Below, piece after piece: positions 37,347 through 46,706 of a stretch of DNA of 64,000 bases (position 1 is its first letter; each line of letters begins with the position of its first letter). This DNA comes from Planctomycetota bacterium. GTDB taxonomy: Bacteria > Planctomycetota > PLA2 > JAEUHO01. The notes under the pieces were generated by a model that made no database searches, was not told the DNA's origin, and saw only the letters and a program-made list of their open reading frames with translations. Where the stretch lies: assembly GCA_965223505.1 (NCBI GenBank), contig CBDCWP010000031.1, forward strand, positions 1 through 64,000. The letters are read 5' to 3'. Made by a program: the position numbers and the translations under genes.

Positions 37347-37919
37347 CTACAGATGCTTGACGTAGGTCTTGAAGGCCGCGTCGTGCGTGCCGGCGCTCCA
37401 GGTGTTCACCATCGCCATCGGATTGCGAGAGAAGGCATTGCCGCCCGGATACGGGTCGGCCTCGGTCGGCCAGTCGTAGGCCGGTGCCGCCGGCGAGCCG
37501 GGCGCGCGCAGGCAGATGGCCAGCACCTGACCGGCCGTGACCTGGATGCCGAACGCCTCCAGATCGAAGCTCGTGAACGTCCCGCTCGTCGTCGGCAGCG
37601 TTCCCGTGGGAACGCTGATCGACGCGAGAACGTTGTTGTCGTCTTCGAGCGGGACGCCGGCCACCGTCTCCCGTACGTCGATGATCAGCGGCGTCTGGGC
37701 GTTCACCTCGTGCACCATGAGCTCGATCCGGCTGAGCAACCCCGTGATGCCGACCGTGAAGGTCGTGGCCTTGTCCACGGTGTCGTTGACGCCGCTCGAC
37801 GACGGACTCGTCACGCCGGCATCCTGATCCAACGACTCGGTCACGAGCGCGAACGGATCCGTGCGGCCTCCACATCCGCACAACAACAACACGAGGCCGG
37901 CGAGTACGACATGTCGCAT
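37347..37919 (-). CDS. Putative lipoprotein with a beta-sandwich domain
   Basis: ATG 37919 after GGAGG; lipobox-like LLCGCGG; TFTVGITGLLSRIEL...DAAFKTYV. Confidence 0.7.
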   Translation of the reverse strand: MRHVVLAGLVLLLCGCGGRTDPFALVTESLDQDAGVTSPSSSGVNDTVDKATTFTVGITGLLSRIELMVHEVNAQTPLIIDVRETVAGVPLEDDNNVLASISVPTGTLPTTSGTFTSFDLEAFGIQVTAGQVLAICLRAPGSPAAPAYDWPTEADPYPGGNAFSRNPMAMVNTWSAGTHDAAFKTYVKHL

Positions 37920-37955
37920 GGGCGCCTCCAGTCGAAGGCACTGTAGCAAATCGAC

Positions 37956-38801
37956 CTATTGCGCCGCCACACGCTCCAAGACCGCGCGGATGGCCGGACG
38001 CTTCTCGCGCCCAAGCCGCTCGCGGGCGTACACAGCGGCGTTCGCCGGGGCCAGCCTCTCGAGTCCCTCGGCCGCCGCCAGGCGCGTGTCGTCGTCGCCG
38101 TGCTCGATGCCGCCGATGAGGCGGGCGGCCGTACCCTCCGCCGGCGCACGCGCGATGAATCGATAGGTGTCGGTCCAGACCACGCGGGTCGCCGCCTCGC
38201 GCTCGTTCGCGAAGTCCTGCAGCATCGTCGACAGCTGTTCCGACGCGAAGTCGAGCCCGCCGAACAGCCGCGAGACCGGCATGTCGCTGAAGGCCATCTT
38301 CAACACCAACCGGTGGAAGTCCTTCTGCTTGAAGCCCGCGTCCGGGCCGCCGTCGGCGACGGCGCGCGCGACGACGTTGCTGTCCAGGCAACACGCCTCG
38401 ACGTGCGCCGAGATGTTCGTGCGTTGCGCCTCACCGAGCAGCGCGACGGTCGCGTCCGTGATCGGGCGCAACGCCAAGCTTCGCATGACGATCGTGCGCT
38501 CCTCCGTATCGCCGTGCCGGTACCAGTCCACGAGCGTGTCCTCGTCCGGCTTGGCGATGTCGATGATCACCGCGCCGGCGACGTCGCACGCCCGCCACAC
38601 GCCGAGGTCGACGATCCGGCCGTGCTCCTCCAGTCGATCGCCGCCGATGGGATCGCGGCCGAGCTTGCGCGGGAGCTGGGGGAGCAGCACCGGTGCGTGA
38701 TCCGGTCCCCTCTCGTCGAGTGTCGCGAGGGCGCTCTGCCACCAGGCGCGTGCGTCGTCGTCCAGCGCCGCGTCGAGGCGTGCCGCGAGATCCGCCATCA
38801 C
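37956..38801 (-). CDS. eboA: EboA-domain protein
   Basis: WYRHGDTEERTIVMRSL, RTN, FHRLVLKMAF, MLQDFANEREAATR; directly downstream of an eboB-like TatD gene. Confidence 0.8.
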   Translation of the reverse strand: MMADLAARLDAALDDDARAWWQSALATLDERGPDHAPVLLPQLPRKLGRDPIGGDRLEEHGRIVDLGVWRACDVAGAVIIDIAKPDEDTLVDWYRHGDTEERTIVMRSLALRPITDATVALLGEAQRTNISAHVEACCLDSNVVARAVADGGPDAGFKQKDFHRLVLKMAFSDMPVSRLFGGLDFASEQLSTMLQDFANEREAATRVVWTDTYRFIARAPAEGTAARLIGGIEHGDDDTRLAAAEGLERLAPANAAVYARERLGREKRPAIRAVLERVAAQ

Positions 38802-39679
38802 ATGGCGTCCGGGTCTTGGCCGCGAAGCGGCGAGTTGCCTTCGAACGTCTCGCGCAGGTTGGCACTGGCGGGATGCTCGAGCGCCTCGACGACGAGCTTG
38901 CCGCTCTGGGCGAAGAACTCGACCGGGTTGGCCCAGACGAGCCTTTCGATGTCGGCCTCGGGATAGCGAGCCTGCTGCAGCTTGAGCACGGTCTTCGGAA
39001 CCATCAGCGGGTCGCTGACGCCCCAGTCCGTCGCGCTGTTGATGATCATGCGCTCGACGCCGTACTCGAGCACGATCTTGACCATCCGGTTCACGTCCAT
39101 CTTCGTGTTCGGGTAGATCGAAAAGCCCGAGTAGCAGCCGAGGTCGCGGGTGATCTTGATCGTCTGCTCGTTGCCGTGGTCGAGCAGCACGCGCTCCATC
39201 GGGATGCCGCTGTCCTTCACGATGTCGATGCAGCGCTCGAAGCCCTTTTCCTTGTCACGGTGGGGTGTGTGGATCAGGACGGGAAGATCGTGCTCCATCG
39301 CCAGCTCGATCTGCGCGAGAAAGAACTTCTCTTCCTTCTTCGTCTGGTCGTCGAGGCCGATCTCGCCGACGCCGAGCACGCTGTCCTTCACCACGTACCG
39401 CGGCAGCACGTCGAGCACGTCCTGGTTCACGCGGTCGTCGTTGGCTTCGCGCGGGTTGAGCGCCATCGTGCAGAAGTGATGGATGCCGAACTGCTCCGAG
39501 CGGAAGCGCTCCCAGCCGAGCAGAGTGTCGAAGTAGTCGATGAACGTGCCAACCGACGTGCGGTTCTGGCCGAGCCAGAAGGCCGGCTCGAGAATGGCCC
39601 GGACGCCGCAGAGCGCCATGCGCTCGTAGTCGTCGGTCACCCGGCTGAACATGTGGGCGTGCGGTTCGAAGATTCTCAT
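38798..39679 (-). CDS. eboB: TatD-family metallo-hydrolase, EboB-like
   Basis: FEPHAHMFSRVTDDYERM, EPAFWLGQ, GWERFR, GVGEIG, IHTPHRDK, DHGNE, NSATDWGVSDPL. Confidence 0.85.
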   Translation of the reverse strand: MRIFEPHAHMFSRVTDDYERMALCGVRAILEPAFWLGQNRTSVGTFIDYFDTLLGWERFRSEQFGIHHFCTMALNPREANDDRVNQDVLDVLPRYVVKDSVLGVGEIGLDDQTKKEEKFFLAQIELAMEHDLPVLIHTPHRDKEKGFERCIDIVKDSGIPMERVLLDHGNEQTIKITRDLGCYSGFSIYPNTKMDVNRMVKIVLEYGVERMIINSATDWGVSDPLMVPKTVLKLQQARYPEADIERLVWANPVEFFAQSGKLVVEALEHPASANLRETFEGNSPLRGQDPDAM

Positions 39680-39841
39680 GGGTGAGTGGTCGGACGCTCC
39701 TCGTGACTCGTCGGCAAACCGGCTCCAGATCGTATTCCAGGAAACGATCCTGACGAGTCTGGGTTCATCGTGGGGCGCTCCGAGGGCCCGGCATCGCGCG
39801 GAATGTTCCAGCCTGCGTGCTGGTGCGCTACCTTGCGGCAC

Positions 39842-42016
39842 ATGTCCGCCGAAAAACCGTCATCGCCGCCCGAGCAGCGCGAGGTCCGTCTCGAGAAGAT
39901 CGAGCACCTCGAGCGCGCCGGGGTCTCGCCCTATGCCGAGCGCTTCGACCGCACGCACGCCCTGGCGCAGGCGCGGGAGTTGGCCGAGGCCCAGGAGAAC
40001 GCAGAGCCCGACACGGGCGGCATCGTGCGCGTCGCGGGCCGCGTGATGACGCTGCGTCGCTTCGGCAAGCTGCAGTTCCTGCACCTGCAGGACGGCTCCG
40101 GCCAATGCCAGATCGCGCTGGACGAACGGACCGTCGGCGCGGAGTCGATGGACCTCTTCCGGCGCTGCGTGGACATGGGCGATCACATCGGTGTCGAAGG
40201 ACGCACCGGCCGCACCAAGAAGAACGAGCCCACGGTCTGGGGGGAGAGCTGGACCTTCTTGAGCAAGGCCTTGCGGCCGCTGCCGGAGAAGTGGGCCGGG
40301 CTCTCGAACGTCGAGGCGCGCCAACGCGAGCGTTACCTCGATCTCATCTCGAACCCCGAGACGCGCGAGCGCTTCCGCTTTCGCACGCGCTTCCTGCGCG
40401 AGATGCGCCGCTACCTCGACGAGCACGGGTTCGAAGAGGTCGATACGCCGGTGCTACAGACCAAGGTGTCCGGCGCGTTGGCCAAGCCGTTCCACACGCA
40501 CCACAACGCGATGGACATGCCGTGCGTGCTGCGCATTGCGCCCGAGACGTGGCTCAAGCAGTGCGTCGCCGGCGGCATCGACCGCGTCTACGAGGTCGCG
40601 CGTTGCTTCCGCAACGAGGGCATGGATCCGTCGCATTTACAGGACTTCACGATGGTGGAGTACTACGCGGCGTACTGGAACTACGAAGACAACATGAACT
40701 TCACCGAGGCGTTGATCCTGCATCTGCTGGACACGCTTCTGGGGACGCGCATCGTCGAGTGGGAAGACAAGCGGATCGACTTCTCTCCCCCGTGGCCGCG
40801 GGTCTCGTTCCGCGAGCTGATCCAACGCGACGCGGGGCTCGACTACGAGGATCATCCGGACGCCGACAGCCTGCGGGCGGCGATTCGCGAGAAGGGCATC
40901 GATCTCGAGCGCGACGACCTCGAAAACGTCGGCCGCGGCACGCTGATCGACCTGCTCTACAAGAAGGTGAGCCGGCCGAAGCTGATCAACCCGACCTTCC
41001 TCGTCGGGCATCCGATCGACCTCTCCCCGTTGGCGCGGCGCAACGACGAGAATCCCGGCATCACCGATCGCTTCCAGCTCGTGGTGAACACCTGGGAGGT
41101 CGTCAACGCGTACTCCGAGCTCGTCGATCCGGTGGACCAGCGCGGCCGCTTCGAGAGCCAGGCGGCGGCGAAGGCCGCGGGCGACGAAGAGGCGCTCGAG
41201 GTGGACGAAGAGTACCTGCGCGCCATGGAGCACGGCATGCCGCCCATGTCCGGGTGGGGGATGGGCGTCGAGCGCTTCCTCGCGCTGCTCACGGGCCAGG
41301 ACAACCTGCGCGACGTGGTGCTGTTCCCGTTGCTCAAGCCGAAGAAGGATGGCGAGGTCGAGGACGCCCCCGTAGAGACCGGCGCGGACGGTGCGACCGA
41401 CGAGGACATGCGGCCCGAGCACCGCAAGCTGCTCGGCTACCCCGCGGACGACGTCGACGACATCGGCATCACGATGGACCGCGCGCGCGAGCTGTTCGAC
41501 GAGTGGGTCAAGACGCCGAGCCTGCGCCGCCAAATGGAGCAGTCGGAGGTCGTGATGGCGGCGCTCGCGCGCAAGCTCGGCAAGAACGAGGACGCGTGGC
41601 GTGTGCTCGGACTCCTGCACAATCTCGACTTCGACCAGGTGAAGGAGCCGGAGCGTCACTGTCTGGTGTCGGCGGAGGTCTTCGAGAAGGAAGGCATGCA
41701 TCCGGCCGGCATCCACGCGATCGCGGCGCACAACGACAAGGGCCTGCACGCCACCGGCATCCGGTGCATCTCGGTCATGGATCACGCCGTGTCGGCGGCG
41801 GAGGCGGTCGTGGGGTTGATCCACGCGTCGAGCCAGGTGTTGCCGAGCAAGGACGTGAAGGACCTGAAGGTCAAGAGCGTCAAGAAGCGCTTCAAGAACG
41901 CGAAGTTCGCCGCCAACGTCGAGCGCGACCTGATCGCGCGCTGCGAGGGCGCCGGCGTTGCCCTGGACGACTTCCTCACGCTCGCCGTCGAGGCCCTGCA
42001 GGGCGAGCGCGCGTAG
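39842..42016 (+). CDS. lysS: Class II lysyl-tRNA synthetase with a C-terminal HD-superfamily (COG2316-like) domain
   Basis: OB-fold VAGRVM..R.FGKL, RERYLDLI, EVDTPVLQ, LRIAPE, FRNEG, NAYSEL.DP, GMPPMSGWGMGVER, DVVLFP, then an extra ~220 aa. Confidence 0.95.
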   Translation: MSAEKPSSPPEQREVRLEKIEHLERAGVSPYAERFDRTHALAQARELAEAQENAEPDTGGIVRVAGRVMTLRRFGKLQFLHLQDGSGQCQIALDERTVGAESMDLFRRCVDMGDHIGVEGRTGRTKKNEPTVWGESWTFLSKALRPLPEKWAGLSNVEARQRERYLDLISNPETRERFRFRTRFLREMRRYLDEHGFEEVDTPVLQTKVSGALAKPFHTHHNAMDMPCVLRIAPETWLKQCVAGGIDRVYEVARCFRNEGMDPSHLQDFTMVEYYAAYWNYEDNMNFTEALILHLLDTLLGTRIVEWEDKRIDFSPPWPRVSFRELIQRDAGLDYEDHPDADSLRAAIREKGIDLERDDLENVGRGTLIDLLYKKVSRPKLINPTFLVGHPIDLSPLARRNDENPGITDRFQLVVNTWEVVNAYSELVDPVDQRGRFESQAAAKAAGDEEALEVDEEYLRAMEHGMPPMSGWGMGVERFLALLTGQDNLRDVVLFPLLKPKKDGEVEDAPVETGADGATDEDMRPEHRKLLGYPADDVDDIGITMDRARELFDEWVKTPSLRRQMEQSEVVMAALARKLGKNEDAWRVLGLLHNLDFDQVKEPERHCLVSAEVFEKEGMHPAGIHAIAAHNDKGLHATGIRCISVMDHAVSAAEAVVGLIHASSQVLPSKDVKDLKVKSVKKRFKNAKFAANVERDLIARCEGAGVALDDFLTLAVEALQGERA

Positions 42017-42030
42017 CGGGCCGTTTTCGT

Positions 42031-43527
42031 CTACTTGGTGGCTTCGGCACGGGACATCTCGACGATCTCATCGTCGGTCACGCACGCGGTGCGCAGGACG
42101 CCCGGTGCCACCTCGTGCCACCAACTCCAGTCGCCCTGCTTCTTCGACTCGCGAATCGCCAGCTCCCAGTCGCGCAGGAACGAGATGAGGAACAGCGGCT
42201 CCAACCCGCGCTCGAGGAACAGTCCGTGCAGGTTGCCGAAGCCGGGCTCGTGGTCCAGCAGGTGCGCGCTGCCGTAGAAGAGGATGACGATTCCTCGAGG
42301 GTCTTCCTTCAGCGCCTTCGCGACCGCGTCCGCGACGCGCCGGTTGCGCTCGAAGAACTCCATCTCCGGCTCCATCGGGTCATCGAGCGCCACGATCCCG
42401 GGACGACGCTCCGCGTCCGGCGTGTCCGCGGCCGGCAGTCCTTCCTTCGGCGACTCGAGCATGCCGACGCGGATCAGCGTCGCGCCGGCCGTGTGAACGC
42501 TCTCCGCGATGTTGACGTACCCGCTGACCGGCCACACCGTGCAGCTCCGCATCAGCTCGAGCAGGGCGGCGCCGTCGTCCACGATCGGCGCGGAGAAGAG
42601 CGGACGTGCCTTCTCGAATTTGTCATCGGGGATCATCTCGAGGCCGACGATCGCGTTGCGTTCCTGGTCGCGGTACATCGGCCCGATCTCGTTGAGGATT
42701 CGCGCGAACGCGCGCTGACACGGCTGCAAGTCGTGGCGGTCCGAGACCACGATGACGTCGGCGGCCTGCACGCGCGCCTGCACGTCCGTCATGTGCAAGC
42801 GCACGGCCTGGTCCGGGTCCTTCCGGATCTTGTCGCGAATGCGCACCAGCGGCGCGATGGCGGCCGCCAGCCACGGGAAGTCGGGACCGCCGATCGTGCT
42901 GTCGATCTCGCGCAGCGCCTTCAATGACGCCCGGGTGTGCAGCCCGCCGCAGCGCGAGTGCGGATCGCGTGCGCTGGACACGACGTCGGCCACGGTTACG
43001 GACTTGCCGCAGATCCACCCGCGCTCGACACGGGTGCACGCGGCGAGCTTCACCGAGACCTGCGTCGTCCCCGCGGTCACCGTGAAGAACACGTTGCCGC
43101 CCTCGATGCCCCAGTGCTCCTCGAAGGTCGTGTTGTGCGGTTCGAGCCCCTGGAAGCTCGCGATCGGCAGGTGGCACTCCGTCGCCAGGATCCTGCGGGT
43201 CTCGGCGAAGCTCTTGCGCAGCGCGTCACGGTGCCGGCGGCGCATGCCGTCGAATCCACCGGCATCACTCAGCTCCCGGCGGGCGTGCTCGAGATCGCGC
43301 GCAGTTCCTCGCGACTGGACGCGGTCGAAGACGTACTCGAGATCGCTCTTGGTGGGCCCCAGCGCCTCGAACGCGTCGACGTCGTCCGCCATCAACGCTT
43401 CGTACGCCCGCCACGCCAGCTCGCGAGCGCTCTGCGCTGCCGGGCGCGCGTCCCCGCTGTCGAGGGCGTACAAGAGCACCGCAATCACGGGCGCAGCGAG
43501 CAGCAGCACCCAGATCCAGCGCTTCAC
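42031..43527 (-). CDS. Membrane-anchored protein with a C-terminal ChaN/Tiki-like domain
   Basis: GTG 43527 and TM WIWVLLLAAPVIAVLLYAL. The C-terminal half has ADVIVVSDRH, IVGLEM and ILFYGSAHL, which parallel ChaN motifs. Confidence 0.6.
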   Translation of the reverse strand: MKRWIWVLLLAAPVIAVLLYALDSGDARPAAQSARELAWRAYEALMADDVDAFEALGPTKSDLEYVFDRVQSRGTARDLEHARRELSDAGGFDGMRRRHRDALRKSFAETRRILATECHLPIASFQGLEPHNTTFEEHWGIEGGNVFFTVTAGTTQVSVKLAACTRVERGWICGKSVTVADVVSSARDPHSRCGGLHTRASLKALREIDSTIGGPDFPWLAAAIAPLVRIRDKIRKDPDQAVRLHMTDVQARVQAADVIVVSDRHDLQPCQRAFARILNEIGPMYRDQERNAIVGLEMIPDDKFEKARPLFSAPIVDDGAALLELMRSCTVWPVSGYVNIAESVHTAGATLIRVGMLESPKEGLPAADTPDAERRPGIVALDDPMEPEMEFFERNRRVADAVAKALKEDPRGIVILFYGSAHLLDHEPGFGNLHGLFLERGLEPLFLISFLRDWELAIRESKKQGDWSWWHEVAPGVLRTACVTDDEIVEMSRAEATK

Positions 43528-43529
43528 GT

Positions 43530-45170
43530 CTACTTCGCGGCGCCACCGACGCTGATCGCGCGGCCTGCCACGGCCTGGGCGCGGCGCTTGTGCTTCTTGC
43601 TGGAGAACAGTCCGAAGAACCACGGCATGATCTGGCTGAACACGCGCACGCGGCGCTCGATCCACTCGCTCACGGTGTAGATCAGCCACACCAACGGCGT
43701 CATCACCCACGCGATCGCGCGCGTCAGGTGCCTGAACCCGGGGATCCGTGCGATCAGCATCGGAAGGAAGAAGAGCACGTCGAGGATCTTCGTCTTGCCG
43801 ATCCACGAGTGACGCGTCGCGCCCAGGATCGCCTTGCAGACGAGGTACAGCGGGTCGATCGTCAGCCCGCGGTGACGGTAGAGCTTCGTCATCGAGTTCA
43901 AGAAGCGCCACGGCGTGTACTGGCCGAACTTGATCTTGTTCTTGATCCGCTTGCGCTCGCGGCCGCGGATCATCTCCATCCCGGGCTTCACCTCGCCGTT
44001 CTCGTCGTAGATCATCGGGTAGAGATCGGACTTCTCCGGTACGCGCAGCCGGTTGGTGACCAGCGTGTCGACGCGGTGCCGGCCGCCGAACCAGAGGAAC
44101 TCCATCATGTCCGCTTCGGTCTCGCCCGGCGACCCGAGGAGGAAGTTGCAGAAGAGCAGGATGTTCGTCTTGCTCATCATGCCCATGGCCTTCTCGGCCT
44201 GCGCGACCTTCTGCGCCTTGCGGTAGAAGCGCAGCATCTCGTCGTCGAGCGACTCGACGCCGAACGCGAGCGCCAGGAATCCCGCGCGCTCGAGCTTCTT
44301 CAGCACGGAGACGTCGCTCTTCACGACGTGGTCGACGCGGCCGGTGCCGATCAGGACCTTGCGCACGTCGCTCGCGATCAGCAGGTCCGCGAGCTTGTCG
44401 AGCTCCTCCATGTCCGTGGTCATGTCGTCGTCGACCCACAGCACGAAGGGCGCGTCGATCTCGGCCAGCTCGTTGAACTGGCTCTGCGCCGAGCGTCCGT
44501 TCCAGCGCAGGTACTGACCGTCGGTGTCCTTGCCGTACTGGTAGCAGAAGCGGCACTTGTAGTCGCACCCCATGGCCGCGCGCACCAGGTCGATCTTGAT
44601 GCCCAGCACGTGGTACTCGTAGCGCGGATTGCGCAAGCTTCGCCGCGGATAGACGTCCTCGGAGAGGGGATGGCTGACCTTCTGGTTCCGAACGATTTCG
44701 TCGCCGCGACGCCAGGCGAGGTTGGGAATGTCTCGGGGCGAGCCCGCTTCCATCAGCGCCTTCGCGGGGATGTTCGCGACGCCCTCGATGACGACGTCGA
44801 TGCGCGGGTACTTCTCGAGGGTCTCGACGGCGTTGCCGAACCCGGTGCCGCCCGCGGCGATCGGCGTGTCCGCCGGAATCTGCGCCATGACCTCGTCGAT
44901 TACGTGCACGCCCCACTTGCCGAAGATCGCGCAGTCTTCGAAGAAGCCGTAGAGGCAGACCAGGTCCGCCTGCTCGATCTGTTCGCGCACGTCGTCTTCG
45001 AACCGCATGTCGAGCAGCGTCGCGTTGCAGCCGGCCTCGAGGACGCCCGCGTGCAGGTACTCGGCGGCGAGCGGGGGCAGGCACAAGTACGGGTTTTGAT
45101 ACGTGTACGGGTACACGATCAGCACATCGCGGACTCTTTCGCCGGCCTTCTGTTCGTACGTCGAGACCAT
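43530..45170 (-). CDS. B12-binding-domain radical SAM protein with a hydrophobic C-terminal tail
   Basis: AAGGAG RBS; PPLAAEYL, DLV, AGG and DVVIEG (B12-binding-like); GCDYKCRFC; VDDD, GVES, GSPGET. Confidence 0.88.
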   Translation of the reverse strand: MVSTYEQKAGERVRDVLIVYPYTYQNPYLCLPPLAAEYLHAGVLEAGCNATLLDMRFEDDVREQIEQADLVCLYGFFEDCAIFGKWGVHVIDEVMAQIPADTPIAAGGTGFGNAVETLEKYPRIDVVIEGVANIPAKALMEAGSPRDIPNLAWRRGDEIVRNQKVSHPLSEDVYPRRSLRNPRYEYHVLGIKIDLVRAAMGCDYKCRFCYQYGKDTDGQYLRWNGRSAQSQFNELAEIDAPFVLWVDDDMTTDMEELDKLADLLIASDVRKVLIGTGRVDHVVKSDVSVLKKLERAGFLALAFGVESLDDEMLRFYRKAQKVAQAEKAMGMMSKTNILLFCNFLLGSPGETEADMMEFLWFGGRHRVDTLVTNRLRVPEKSDLYPMIYDENGEVKPGMEMIRGRERKRIKNKIKFGQYTPWRFLNSMTKLYRHRGLTIDPLYLVCKAILGATRHSWIGKTKILDVLFFLPMLIARIPGFRHLTRAIAWVMTPLVWLIYTVSEWIERRVRVFSQIMPWFFGLFSSKKHKRRAQAVAGRAISVGGAAK

Positions 45171-45443
45171 GCCGCTCCTTCGGTGGATCGAGTATAGATC
45201 CGCAGCTTGCGAAGTCCTTGAAACTCGCGCCGATGGCAGGGCGAGAGCGCGCCGGGCGTGGAGTCTTGCCGAACCGCTGTGTCGCGCAGAGACCCGGTCG
45301 CAGCGGGGGCAACCGGCGGTATGCTTCCGTAGGGTATGGACGTACGCGCGTCCGCAGTTGCGGCCGCTCGGCCGAACATCGCCGGGCTCCGGCGGCGCGG
45401 TGCACGCACCCATTGCGCCCCTCGCACGTCCAATGGAGACCCC

Positions 45444-46706
45444 GTGATTCGACCGACTCATGCATCGCGCGTCGCCGCCATCGCCGCCGGCGGCATCGCA
45501 CTTCTGATCGCGACTGCCTGCGGCGGCGGCGGCTCGCAGCCGACCCCGGAGCCCGCGCAGCTCGGTGATCCCATCGCGGGCCTGAGCGCGGACGAGCTCG
45601 CGGCGTTCGAGGCCGGCAAGCTGGTTTTCGAACGTCGCTTCAAGCCCAGTGAGGGCCTCGGGCCGCTCTACAACGCGACCTCGTGCGTCAGCTGCCACAG
45701 CTCGCCGGTGACCGGCGGCTCGTCGAAGCTGTATCGCAACTTCTACGTCGCGCGCTCGGGCGACCCGACGGTTCCTGGCGGACAGTCGGACCTCGCGGGT
45801 CTGCCGAGCCTCGTCATTCCGGCGTTCGGGAGCGGGCCGCACGCGACGACGACGTTCACGCTCCAAGGCGGCCGCAGGTTGATTCCCCACGACGGCCTCA
45901 ACGGCGGCAGCGGGGATCCCGTCCAGGTCGCGCAGCGCAACGCGATCCCGATCTTCGGCGTCGGTCTCTTCCAGTCCGTGACCAACGCGACGATCATGTC
46001 GAACGCCGATCCCGAAGATGCCGACGCGGACGGCATCAGCGGGCGCTTCAACGTCGTCAACGGCATCGTCGGCCGCTTCGGCGTGAAGGCGCAGGCCGAG
46101 AGCATCGAGGCCTTCACGCGACCGCCGCTCCAGAACCAGATGGGCATCACGACCAACGCGTTCATCGCCAACGCGAAGATTCGCGAGCAGGGGACGATCG
46201 GAACGAACACGCCGACGACCGACAACGACGGCGTGCCGGACCCGGAGCTGTCGAACGCCGACCTCGGGAGCCTGATCGTGTTCACGCTCTTCCTCGGCCC
46301 GCCCCGCAAGAAGCCGTTCAATGCCGCCGCCACGCGCGGCGAAGAGGTGTTCGACGCCCTCGGCTGCGTGAAGTGCCACATCCCGTCGCTGCCGTCTTCG
46401 CGCGGACCCGTCGATGCGTACACCGACCTGCTGCTGCACGACATGGGATCGGACCTCGCCGACCACATCGCGATGGGGACGCCCCAGGCATCGACGATCG
46501 ACGGTCCTACGACGGATACCGAGTTCCGGACCCAGCCGCTGTGGGGCGTGTCGCTGCACGGCCCGTGGCTGCACGACGGTCGTGCCGGGAGCTTGATGGA
46601 GGCGATCCTCCTTCACGGCGGCGAAGCCCAGGCCATTCGCGACGCGTTCGACGCGCTCACCGCCGGTGAGAAGGCGGACGTGATCGCCTTTCTGGAGCAC
46701 CTGTGA
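45444..46706 (+). CDS. Di-heme oxidoreductase family (DHOR-like) lipoprotein
   Basis: Lipobox ATACG; GLGPLYNATSCVSCH, DPEDADADGISGR, GRFG.KA, GCVKCH, YTDLLLHDMG, FRTQPLWG, LHDGRA, AILLHGGEA. Confidence 0.9.
   Translation: MIRPTHASRVAAIAAGGIALLIATACGGGGSQPTPEPAQLGDPIAGLSADELAAFEAGKLVFERRFKPSEGLGPLYNATSCVSCHSSPVTGGSSKLYRNFYVARSGDPTVPGGQSDLAGLPSLVIPAFGSGPHATTTFTLQGGRRLIPHDGLNGGSGDPVQVAQRNAIPIFGVGLFQSVTNATIMSNADPEDADADGISGRFNVVNGIVGRFGVKAQAESIEAFTRPPLQNQMGITTNAFIANAKIREQGTIGTNTPTTDNDGVPDPELSNADLGSLIVFTLFLGPPRKKPFNAAATRGEEVFDALGCVKCHIPSLPSSRGPVDAYTDLLLHDMGSDLADHIAMGTPQASTIDGPTTDTEFRTQPLWGVSLHGPWLHDGRAGSLMEAILLHGGEAQAIRDAFDALTAGEKADVIAFLEHL

Noticed and set aside
45171..45443. Cobalamin riboswitch upstream of the B12 radical SAM gene
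   Set aside because: Only short fragments (GCCCCCGC, CCTGCC) resemble the consensus. The GGGAA, GCCACTG and AGYCAGRAGAC elements are not seen.
42031..46700. Track ORFs of 1156 aa and 1056 aa as giant fusion proteins
   Set aside because: The N-terminal portions are stop-free shadow of neighbouring genes. Plausible starts are at 43527 (GTG before a TM helix) and 45170 (ATG after an AAGGAG RBS).
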